64,000 bases of DNA, from NCBI GenBank assembly GCA_965216875.1, contig OZ244207.1:2208001-2272000 (forward strand), in the 5' to 3' direction. The stretch's first letter is position 1. The number at the start of each line of letters is the position of its first letter. This document shows, in pieces, positions 55,929 through 64,000 of the stretch. A program made the translations under genes and the position numbers. This stretch comes from Rubripirellula sp. (GTDB taxonomy: Bacteria > Planctomycetota > Planctomycetia > Pirellulales > Pirellulaceae). The notes beneath the pieces are model-generated. The model did no database searches and was not told the DNA's origin. It saw only the letters and a list, made by a program, of their open reading frames with translations.

Positions 55929-58733
55929 ATGGCTCAAACAACTGGCGAACTTTTTCCCGAAACGAAAAAGCTCTTCTTGCTCGACGGTATGGCGCTCACC
56001 TACCGTGCTCACTTCGCCCTCATCCGCAGTCCGCGTTACACGTCGTCGGGGATGTGTACCTCGGGCGTTTTCGGGATCGCCAACACGGTGATGGAACTCT
56101 TGCGGCGTGAGGAACCGACTCACATCGCCGTCGCCTTCGACACTCCCGAACCCACTCAGCGACACATTGCCTTTCCCGAGTACAAGGCGCAGCGCGATGC
56201 GATGCCCGAAGATATCGGTGAACAGCTTCCCTACATCGACAAACTGTTCGACGCCTTCAACATTCCGGTGATTCGCATGCCTGGGTACGAGGCGGACGAC
56301 ATCATCGGAACCTTGGCGCACCAAGCCGCGTCCGACGGATTCCAAACGTGGATGGTGACCCCCGACAAAGATTACGACCAACTTGTTGGCGATGACGTCT
56401 TCATCTACAAGCCGGGGCGACGCGGCGGCGACGCCGAAGTCATCAAGGTCGACCAGGTGCTTGAAAAGTGGGGCATCGAACGTGTTGACCAAGTGATCGA
56501 CATTCTCGGACTCATGGGGGATAGCAGCGACAACATTCCCGGTGTGCCTGGCATCGGTCCAAAGACGGCTCAAAAACTGATCGCTCAGTTTGGGTCCGTC
56601 GAAGAGTTGCTCAAGAACACTGAAAAGTTAAAAGGAAAGCAGAAGGAACGCGTCGAGGAAAACGCCGACATGGCGACACTTTCCAAGCAATTGGTCACCA
56701 TCCAATTGGACGTGCCACATGAGGTTCAGCTCGGTCAACTCCAGGCACGCGACTATGACGAGGAGAAGCTGAAAGAGCTTTTCATGGAGTTGGAGTTCGA
56801 CACCCTTGGCAAGAAACTGTTCGGCAAGTCGTTTTCTTCGGCTACGAACCGATCGAAAGTGATTCGCGAAAAGCGCGAATCAGAAATCCAAGCGACGCTC
56901 TTTGATGAACCGGTCGAAGAAAAGACAATCGCTGACGTCAAACACGACTACAAGACCGTCGCGACGGCCGACGAGCGAGCTCAACTGATCGAAGAACTGT
57001 TGAGGCAAAAAGCGATCTGCTTCGACACCGAAACCACAGGCCTCAACGCACGTGAAGCCTTTCCGCTTGGCTTGGCATTCTCGTTCAAGCCACACACCGG
57101 CTACTACGTCGTGTGTCCCGATGATGCCGAGGAAGCTCAGGCGGTTCTGGAAGAGTTTCGAAGCGTGTTCGAATCGGATTCGATCGCGAAAATAGGGCAC
57201 AACCTGAAATATGACGTCACGCTGCTCAAGTGGCACGGCATCGAAGTGCGTGGCGAGCTGTTCGACACCATGCTTGCCCATTCGATGAAAGAACCCGAGA
57301 TGCGGCACGGCCTCGACTACTTGTCGAAGCTCTATCTCGGCTACAAACCGATCCCCACATCCGATTTGATCGGCGAAAAAGGTCCCGATCAGAAGAACAT
57401 GCGCGAAGTCGACGTCGACAAAGTCGCTCAATACGCCTGCGAAGATTCCGACGTTACGCTGCAGGTAGCCAACGTGATTCGCCCCGACATCGACGAACGC
57501 GGCGTGAGCCAGGTCTGTTACGAAGTCGAGTGCCCGCTGATTCCAGTCTTGGTCGAAATGGAATACGAAGGCATCCGACTGGACACAGAAGCCCTTTCGG
57601 TTTTCTCCAAGAAACTTGACGCAGAAATCGAGTCACTCGCCAGCGGAATCTTCGGAGCAGCAGGTCACGAATTCAATATCGATTCGCCCAAACAGCTCGG
57701 TGTCGTCCTCTATGAAGAACTTGAGCTCGAAAAGAATCCCAAACGCACTTCAACAGGCCAATACTCCACTCGCGAAGCTGAACTTGAACGGCTCTCGGGC
57801 AAGCATCAAATCATTGCTGATGTACTGGACTACCGAAACGCTCGAAAACTCAAGTCCACCTACGTCGATCAGCTTCCTCTTGCGGTGAATCCAAACACCG
57901 GTCGCCTGCACACGCACTATAGCCAAGCATGGACCGCGACCGGGCGCATGCAGTCGAACGATCCCAACCTGCAGACGATTCCCGTCCGCAAGGAACGTGG
58001 CCGCGATATTCGGGCAGCGTTTGTCCCTCGCGATGACGACCACCTTCTGCTGAGTGCCGACTATTCGCAAATCGAACTTCGTGTGATGGCCGAACTAAGT
58101 GGCGACGAAGGAATGATGCAAGCGTTCCAAAAAAAGGAAGACATTCACACCGTCACCGCTTCGAAAGTCTACAAGGTCGATCCTGCTGACGTCACGCGCG
58201 AAATGCGAGACAAAGCCAAGACGGTGAACTTCGGGATCATCTACGGCATTTCAGCATTCGGGCTGCAACAACGGCTGAACATTCCACGAGCCGAGGCCAA
58301 TGACCTGATCAACAATTACTTCGAAAAGTACCCTGGCGTTCGAAGCTACATTGACGAAACAATCGAGTTCGCACGTGAGAATGGGTTTGTGGTGACGCGA
58401 ACAGGGCGACGACGCGAGTTGCGTGACATCAACTCGCGCAGCCGAACACTCGCAAATGCTGCCGAGCGACTCGCAATGAATAGTCCCATTCAAGGGACGG
58501 CGGCCGACATCTTGAAGCTCGCAATGATCAAAGTGCATCGAGCACTTCGCGAAGGCGATTTCAAAACCAAAATGTTGCTAACCGTTCACGACGAAATCGT
58601 TTTCGACCTGCACAAAAGCGAACAAGAGACGGTTCTGCCGGTGATCGAACAAGCAATGACGTCGACCTTGCCAATGACCGTCCCAATCGTCGTCGAGATG
58701 GGAGTCGGCGCCAATTGGCTGGAAGCGCATTAG
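55929..58733 (+). CDS. polA: DNA polymerase I
   Basis: 5'-3' exonuclease (LLDG, EADDIIGTL, DKD, GDSSDNIPGVPGIGPKTA), 3'-5' exonuclease (FDTETTG, GHNLKYD, YACED) and polymerase (ADYSQIELR, AKTVNFGIIYG, VHDE). Confidence 0.98.
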   Translation: MAQTTGELFPETKKLFLLDGMALTYRAHFALIRSPRYTSSGMCTSGVFGIANTVMELLRREEPTHIAVAFDTPEPTQRHIAFPEYKAQRDAMPEDIGEQLPYIDKLFDAFNIPVIRMPGYEADDIIGTLAHQAASDGFQTWMVTPDKDYDQLVGDDVFIYKPGRRGGDAEVIKVDQVLEKWGIERVDQVIDILGLMGDSSDNIPGVPGIGPKTAQKLIAQFGSVEELLKNTEKLKGKQKERVEENADMATLSKQLVTIQLDVPHEVQLGQLQARDYDEEKLKELFMELEFDTLGKKLFGKSFSSATNRSKVIREKRESEIQATLFDEPVEEKTIADVKHDYKTVATADERAQLIEELLRQKAICFDTETTGLNAREAFPLGLAFSFKPHTGYYVVCPDDAEEAQAVLEEFRSVFESDSIAKIGHNLKYDVTLLKWHGIEVRGELFDTMLAHSMKEPEMRHGLDYLSKLYLGYKPIPTSDLIGEKGPDQKNMREVDVDKVAQYACEDSDVTLQVANVIRPDIDERGVSQVCYEVECPLIPVLVEMEYEGIRLDTEALSVFSKKLDAEIESLASGIFGAAGHEFNIDSPKQLGVVLYEELELEKNPKRTSTGQYSTREAELERLSGKHQIIADVLDYRNARKLKSTYVDQLPLAVNPNTGRLHTHYSQAWTATGRMQSNDPNLQTIPVRKERGRDIRAAFVPRDDDHLLLSADYSQIELRVMAELSGDEGMMQAFQKKEDIHTVTASKVYKVDPADVTREMRDKAKTVNFGIIYGISAFGLQQRLNIPRAEANDLINNYFEKYPGVRSYIDETIEFARENGFVVTRTGRRRELRDINSRSRTLANAAERLAMNSPIQGTAADILKLAMIKVHRALREGDFKTKMLLTVHDEIVFDLHKSEQETVLPVIEQAMTSTLPMTVPIVVEMGVGANWLEAH

Positions 58734-58739
58734 ATCCTT

Positions 58740-58862
58740 GTCGCCTTTCGCTCCGCGACAGTAGCGTCTACGAACGAAACTTTGGCTTGGCAGAAGCCGA
58801 GGTTTTCGGGGCATGGGGCCCCTGCCGGATCTGCGTCGCTGTCGCTCCTTGATCCGGCCTAC
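58740..58862. repeat. REP-like family D arm and family B copy
   Basis: D at 58740-58762 (one mismatch). B at 58823-58862, near-identical to 15715-15754. Lies between convergent genes. Confidence 0.85.
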
Positions 58863-58898
58863 GCCTACGTGCCTGGGAAGAACCGATGACAGCGGACG

Positions 58899-61118
58899 TT
58901 ACTTGGACTTTCGGTCTGGGATCGTTTGATCAAAGGCGGTGGTCTTGTTTTGATTGCCTGTCGTGCAATCGTGTGTCTCGGCCATCGCATCCATCTTGCC
59001 GCAGTCCTCTTCAAATTCAGCCTGCTGCATGTGCTCACCCCACCACGTTGCCGCATCCCGTTCGGACCATTGATCATACGTTTTGACGGCGCTCAGACGG
59101 TCACGCAGCTCCATCGCGTTGGGGATGCGTGATCCGGGGTCTTTTTCCAAGCAGTCAAGGACGATGGTTTCTAGTTCGGTCGGGACGGCTGGATTCAGTT
59201 CGGTGGGTGGTGTTGGCGGCTTCGTCGAATGCTGGAGCAACATCGCCATCAGGTTCGGGGCTTCAAAGACATGTCGCCCGACAAGCAGCCAGTACATCAC
59301 GCACCCGAGCGAATAGATGTCGGCGGTCGCTTCTGCGGCATTTCCTTGGACCAGCTCCGGCGCCATGCTCGCCGGCGTGCCTGTGATCTGCCCAGTCGCT
59401 GTCATGGAATGATCGTGACTTTCAGCAACGCGCACAACGCCGAAGTCCAGGACCTTCAGGAAATCATGTTCGTTGCCGAGTGTGCAGAGGAAAAGGTTCG
59501 ACGGTTTGATGTCGCGGTGCACCAACCCGGCTTCGTGAGCCTCGCCGAGCGACAAACAAGCCTGGCGCATCAAATCGATCGTGCGGCCTGCCGATTGAGG
59601 GCCGTGTCGTTGTACGAGCGTATGCAAGTCGAGGCCAGCAAGGTACTCCATCACGTAGTAGAAACTGCCATCATCGGTCACGCCGAAATCATAGAGTTCC
59701 ACAGTGTGGGGTGAACGCAACAAGGCAGTCGCTTTTGCCTCTCGCTGAAATCGTGCTCGCAACAACTCACGTTGTTCGGCGGGCACGTTCAACGCGTCCT
59801 CGCGGATCACCTTCACAGCAGCAGGGCGTGCCAACAACGAATGAGTTCCCAGCCAAACTTCGCCCATCGCGCCTTCGCCAAGACGCTTTTCAAGTTGGTA
59901 GCTACCGATCCGACGTCCTTCACTAAGGAGCTCATCGGGGATTTCCAGTAGTGCGTCCTGGGAAAGAACGACCGCACGTTCGACAACGCCGCGCAATTCA
60001 CGCAGGTTGCCGGGCCATCCATACTGCAGCAGCTTTTGTTCTGCCTCGTCACTCAAGCCCTCAATTGGTTTTCCAACGCTTTGCGCACGTTCGGTCGCGA
60101 TGTGACGCGCAATGAGCACAACATCTTCGCCCCGTTCGGCAAGCGATGGGACAGTCAAACGACCATCCATCACGCGATGCAAACCGGCATCAAGCGTACC
60201 ATTGCGGACGTGTTCGACCGGCTCGCCCGACACATAGGCAATGAGTCGAACATCGGGTGAATCGGAGCCCTCGTTGTCGCGTCCTGAGGTCGTACGTTGC
60301 ACGACCTTTTCGAGCGACCGTTGTGTTTCTTCGGGCAACGTCTCCATGCGTTCCAAGAACAAAGTGCCGCCGTCTGCAAGCGACCACTTGCTAATGGCAT
60401 CATCGGTCTCGGTGTGGCGGCCGAGCAATGTTCCATCACTACCGCTGATCTGGCCACAGTCGACATGGATAAAGGGACGGTCGGCCCGCTCGGAGGCGCG
60501 ATGAATCGCCCGCGCAACGGCTTCTTGGCCGGCACCGATCGCACCGGTCAACATGAGCGGTTTGAGCAGAGCGGCATTCGCTTCGATCCCCTCACGCAGC
60601 CCGCGGACCGGAATGCTCTCTCCGAGCAGCGCCTCTTCGTGTCGCCTGTACTCGACATTCGACAGCTCACGTGCCACAGCAAGTTCGTGGCGCAGTCGAT
60701 CGTTGGTGCTGGCAAGACTTTGTTCAAGACTGATGATCCTCACACCTGCATTGAGCCGGGCGTGAAGCTCAGAACGATCAAAGGGTTTCGAAACAAAGTC
60801 GTCGGCACCGGCTTCGATTCCAGCAACGACGTCCTTCTTGTCGGACTTGCCTGTCAGCATCACGATGTAGACATAGGAACCGGTGTTGGTTTGACGGATC
60901 TTTTCGACCAGGTCGAGCCCGTTCATTTCAGGCATTTCCCAATCGCAAATCACGATCGGAAAGGGCTGTGCCTGGAACAGCTCCCACGCCTGCGCGCCAT
61001 CCTCGGCCGCGACCACTTCGTGGCCCCACTTCTGAAGCTGACGCTCGAGCTTCAAGCGGCTAAGGCGTTCATCTTCGGCTATCAGGATTTTGAGACTACC
61101 TGCGGCACCGTCGTTCAC
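58899..61118 (-). CDS. Fusion protein: receiver domain + degenerate sigma54-activator AAA domain + Hanks-type Ser/Thr kinase
   Basis: REC (AEDE, ICDWEMP, LTGK, SKPF). AAA-like region (VARAIH, PFIHVDC, ADGGTLFL, WPGNLREL). Kinase (GEGAMGEV, AVK, HRDIKPSN, DFG, APE). Confidence 0.92.
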   Translation of the reverse strand: MNDGAAGSLKILIAEDERLSRLKLERQLQKWGHEVVAAEDGAQAWELFQAQPFPIVICDWEMPEMNGLDLVEKIRQTNTGSYVYIVMLTGKSDKKDVVAGIEAGADDFVSKPFDRSELHARLNAGVRIISLEQSLASTNDRLRHELAVARELSNVEYRRHEEALLGESIPVRGLREGIEANAALLKPLMLTGAIGAGQEAVARAIHRASERADRPFIHVDCGQISGSDGTLLGRHTETDDAISKWSLADGGTLFLERMETLPEETQRSLEKVVQRTTSGRDNEGSDSPDVRLIAYVSGEPVEHVRNGTLDAGLHRVMDGRLTVPSLAERGEDVVLIARHIATERAQSVGKPIEGLSDEAEQKLLQYGWPGNLRELRGVVERAVVLSQDALLEIPDELLSEGRRIGSYQLEKRLGEGAMGEVWLGTHSLLARPAAVKVIREDALNVPAEQRELLRARFQREAKATALLRSPHTVELYDFGVTDDGSFYYVMEYLAGLDLHTLVQRHGPQSAGRTIDLMRQACLSLGEAHEAGLVHRDIKPSNLFLCTLGNEHDFLKVLDFGVVRVAESHDHSMTATGQITGTPASMAPELVQGNAAEATADIYSLGCVMYWLLVGRHVFEAPNLMAMLLQHSTKPPTPPTELNPAVPTELETIVLDCLEKDPGSRIPNAMELRDRLSAVKTYDQWSERDAATWWGEHMQQAEFEEDCGKMDAMAETHDCTTGNQNKTTAFDQTIPDRKSK

Positions 61119-61462
61119 GACAGCTCCTCCAATAGTGCGCCGAGTTCCTGCCTTAACGCTTTGATCGATTGCTCGAGCGCGTCAAAGGCGGCCTGTAGTT
61201 TGTCCGCGTTTTCGTCTCGCGCAAGCTGCTCGAGCGTTTGAGCCGACTCGTATGCGGCGGTCGCACAAAAATTGCCAACCATCGATTTGAGAGTGTGAGC
61301 GGCAATGCGCACTGACTCGCCATCTCCCGACTTGATTCCCTCACGAGCTTTCTCAATAAGCTCAGGCGCGTCGCTGTCGAAGATGTCGAGCGAGTCCTCG
61401 AGAAACTCGGTGTCACCATCGAGTTCGTCGAGTAGCTCTTCGCGGTCAATGATCTCGCTCAT
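61115..61462 (-). CDS. Stand-alone Hpt phosphotransfer protein
   Basis: AAHTLKS Hpt motif in an all-helical ~115-aa protein. Its stop overlaps the start of the fusion gene by 4 bp. Confidence 0.9.
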   Translation of the reverse strand: MSEIIDREELLDELDGDTEFLEDSLDIFDSDAPELIEKAREGIKSGDGESVRIAAHTLKSMVGNFCATAAYESAQTLEQLARDENADKLQAAFDALEQSIKALRQELGALLEELS

Positions 61463-61477
61463 CAATCGTCCCTGGTC

Positions 61478-64000
61478 CTAGCGGTTTTCGTTGGCGTCGG
61501 ATCTTGCCGACGGATGATCGAGTTCATGCAACACTCGTGCGATCTCAGCATGCATGACTTTCGACTTGATTGGCTTGGTGACGTAGCCATCCATGCCCGC
61601 GTCGAGGCACTTCTGTTGGTCGCCTTTCATGGCGTGAGCCGTCATCGCAATCACAGGCGTATGTAGCCCTTTCGACGAATCCCCGCTCCGAATCGCCGCC
61701 GTAGCAGCATAACCGTCCATCACCGGCATTTGAATATCCATCAAAACGACGTCGTACGCCTCCGACTCCCAATGCAGGACAGCTTCTTGGCCATTGTTAG
61801 CCACGGTGACGTCATGATCCGCCTTTTGAAGTGCCCGAATCGCAAATTTCTGGTTCGTCTCGTTATCTTCAGCCAGCAATACCTTGAGTCCACGGAGCAT
61901 TTCGGACGGTTTGGCCGATGCCTCTTGAACCACAACCCGCTCCGATTGAGCCTCGTCGGCTACCCCGACGGAACTTGCGATGGCATCAAACAAAAGCGAT
62001 TGCCGAGCAGGCTTGATCAAATGCGCCGAGATTCCAAGTTCGCGGCATCGGACCGTATCCCCGGTTCGATTGGCCGAAGTCAACAAAATCATGGGCAGCT
62101 TTTTCAGGTCATATTTTTGAATCACCTCTTCGGCAAACATGAATCCGTCCATCTCGGGCATGTTCACGTCGGAAAGAATCAGCCCAATCGGATCCTTCTT
62201 GTGCGCGGCCTCGAGTTCCTTGAGTCCATCGTCGGCCGATTCAACCACGACCGGTCGCATGCCCCAGTTTTCGAGCATCTTGGCAAGGATCCGGCGGTTG
62301 GTGTCATTGTCATCAACGACAAGCACACGCAGTCCTTGCAGGCGATCGGGCGTCGATGCCTGGTAGGGTGCAAGGTTTCCAGTCGATTCGCCGATGCCAA
62401 ACGGAACGGTGAAGGAAAAGGTGGTGCCAATACCGAGCTGACTATCGACCGTCATCTTGCCGCCCATCAACTCGACCAGTTGATTGCAGATCGTAAGCCC
62501 CAGTCCCGTTCCGCCATACTTCCGGGTCGTTGACGCGTCGGCTTGCTCGAAGGGGCGAAAGATCGATTCACGCACACTCGAAGACAAACCGATCCCCGTA
62601 TCGGAAACGTCAAACTTGACAACGACCTGATCGTCTCGTGTCTCGACCACGTGTGCGGCCAAGGCGATCTCGCCCTCCTCGGTGAACTTGACGGCGTTAC
62701 CAACGAGGTTGATGACGATCTGTCGAATACGATGCAAGTCGCCAACGACGTACTCGGGAACGGCGTTATTGACCTCGAACAAAAGTTCGAGCCCTTTGCT
62801 GTGGGCGCGAGCAGCAAGCGTGGTCAGCGTTTCACCCAGTCGCTCGCGCAATTCAAAGTTGATTGGATCGAGGTCAAGTTTCTTGGCTTCGATCTTCGAG
62901 AAGTCCAAGATATCGTTGATCAACGTCAGCAGCGATTCGGCGGATGACTCGATCGTGGTTAGAAACTCGCGTTGCTCGGCTGTTAGTTCAGTCGCCAATG
63001 CGAGTTCGGTCATCCCCATGATGCCGTTCATCGGCGTGCGAATTTCGTGACTCATATTGGCAAGAAAATCACTCTTCGCCTGGTTGGCCGCGTCCGCTGC
63101 TTCGCGCGCTAACCGCAGCGCCTCTTCCTGTTCCTTTAGCTGAGTGATGTCCGTCGAAACGCCACCGACGGCGTACACGTTTCCACTGCTGTCGAACAGC
63201 GGGAACTTGTTGCTAATGAACGTCCGTGCCTCGGCATCCGAATCAGGCGTTTCCTGAAACCGAATCGGCTTCGCACTTTCGATCACTTGGCGATCGTTCT
63301 CGACAAGTTTGTCGGCAACTTCTCGCGGCATGATGTCATGGTCTGTCTTGCCAACGGTGTCGTCGATGGATCGCCCAACGATGTTGGTCCATTCATGGTT
63401 GACCAGCATGTAGCGACCGTCGACGCCTTTTACAAAGATGACTGCCTCGGTTGCATCAAGCAGCCCTTGGGTGAGCACTCTGCTTTTCTGCAACTCTTCC
63501 GCGGCGTGTTCTGCGCGTTCCTTGGCGTCCGACAACCGGCGTTCCGCTTGAATACGTTCGGTCACGTCTTGGTAAACGCCGTACATATGCGCGGCGTTTC
63601 CATCTTCATCACGAACGATCTTGCCGACGGCGTGCACCCACACGACGTTACCGTCGATGGGACTCTTGTAGGGATAAGTCGCGGCATAATGCTCGTACTT
63701 GCCATCGAGCGCTCCCTGGTAGCGCTCATTGGTTGCTTCGGCGATTTCAGGGTCCGCGGCAATCAGCCGCGCGAACCATTCGTCTTGCAAGTGATAGCGA
63801 CCATCCTCTTTGATCGGCTCACCCAATATGCTGACCGCACGTTTGGATGGGTAGTAGTAGTCGGGGTCGCTGTAGTCAACTTGCCAATAACCACAATTGG
63901 TGAGTTCAAGGGCGATGTCCGACAGAAAGTTAGCGCGTTGAATACTCTCGGTTCGTTCTTGAACGCGTTCTTCCAACTTCTCGGCCAGCGCTGTCAGCTC
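61478..64000 (-). CDS. Hybrid sensor histidine kinase (PAS-PAS-HisKA-HATPase-REC-REC), 5' end outside the window
   Basis: [37 protein letters not shown] and two receivers (LSDVNMP, LMDIQMP). The frame stays open to base 64000. Confidence 0.95.
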   Translation of the reverse strand, partial: ELTALAEKLEERVQERTESIQRANFLSDIALELTNCGYWQVDYSDPDYYYPSKRAVSILGEPIKEDGRYHLQDEWFARLIAADPEIAEATNERYQGALDGKYEHYAATYPYKSPIDGNVVWVHAVGKIVRDEDGNAAHMYGVYQDVTERIQAERRLSDAKERAEHAAEELQKSRVLTQGLLDATEAVIFVKGVDGRYMLVNHEWTNIVGRSIDDTVGKTDHDIMPREVADKLVENDRQVIESAKPIRFQETPDSDAEARTFISNKFPLFDSSGNVYAVGGVSTDITQLKEQEEALRLAREAADAANQAKSDFLANMSHEIRTPMNGIMGMTELALATELTAEQREFLTTIESSAESLLTLINDILDFSKIEAKKLDLDPINFELRERLGETLTTLAARAHSKGLELLFEVNNAVPEYVVGDLHRIRQIVINLVGNAVKFTEEGEIALAAHVVETRDDQVVVKFDVSDTGIGLSSSVRESIFRPFEQADASTTRKYGGTGLGLTICNQLVELMGGKMTVDSQLGIGTTFSFTVPFGIGESTGNLAPYQASTPDRLQGLRVLVVDDNDTNRRILAKMLENWGMRPVVVESADDGLKELEAAHKKDPIGLILSDVNMPEMDGFMFAEEVIQKYDLKKLPMILLTSANRTGDTVRCRELGISAHLIKPARQSLLFDAIASSVGVADEAQSERVVVQEASAKPSEMLRGLKVLLAEDNETNQKFAIRALQKADHDVTVANNGQEAVLHWESEAYDVVLMDIQMPVMDGYAATAAIRSGDSSKGLHTPVIAMTAHAMKGDQQKCLDAGMDGYVTKPIKSKVMHAEIARVLHELDHPSARSDANENR

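Noticed and set aside
58899..61118. Calling this gene an NtrC-type sigma54 transcriptional activator
   Set aside because: It lacks GAFTGA, the Walker A Lys, the Walker B DE and the HTH, and it ends in a kinase domain.

Overview
This 64-kb window is chromosomal DNA that looks planctomycetal (Pirellulaceae-like). The markers are a PSCyt/PSD1 + DUF1501 pair, a TIGR02996-type repeat-companion protein, a CRTAC1/ASPIC-UnbV lipoprotein, two proteins with the planctomycete 'SLExRxxLA' N-terminal motif, and a sulfatase. About 44 CDS can be supported, including polA, bioB, dcp, an M32 carboxypeptidase, an ornithine-cyclodeaminase-family enzyme and a DUF1611/dipeptide-epimerase (DgcN/DgcA-like) pair. 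I saw no rRNA, tRNA, CRISPR array, transposase or integrase. The intergenic spaces carry at least six short palindromic REP-like families in pairs, nests and BIME-like mosaics. The best candidates for undescribed systems are: (1) 40.5-50.1 kb, an outer-membrane beta-barrel co-oriented with a secreted ten-heme cytochrome c fused to a seven-repeat LVIVD beta-propeller, divergent from a surface protein with a dockerin and two GlcG/HbpS heme-binding domains; (2) 58.9-64 kb, a hybrid kinase -> Hpt -> receiver/degenerate sigma54-type AAA/Ser-Thr kinase phosphorelay; (3) 0.1-2.4 kb, a flavin-dependent halogenase-like gene coupled to a TIGR01210/RaSEA-like radical SAM gene. All family calls come from motifs read by eye, not from database searches. 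Several start codons were moved from the ORF track to more plausible downstream ATG/GTG codons.
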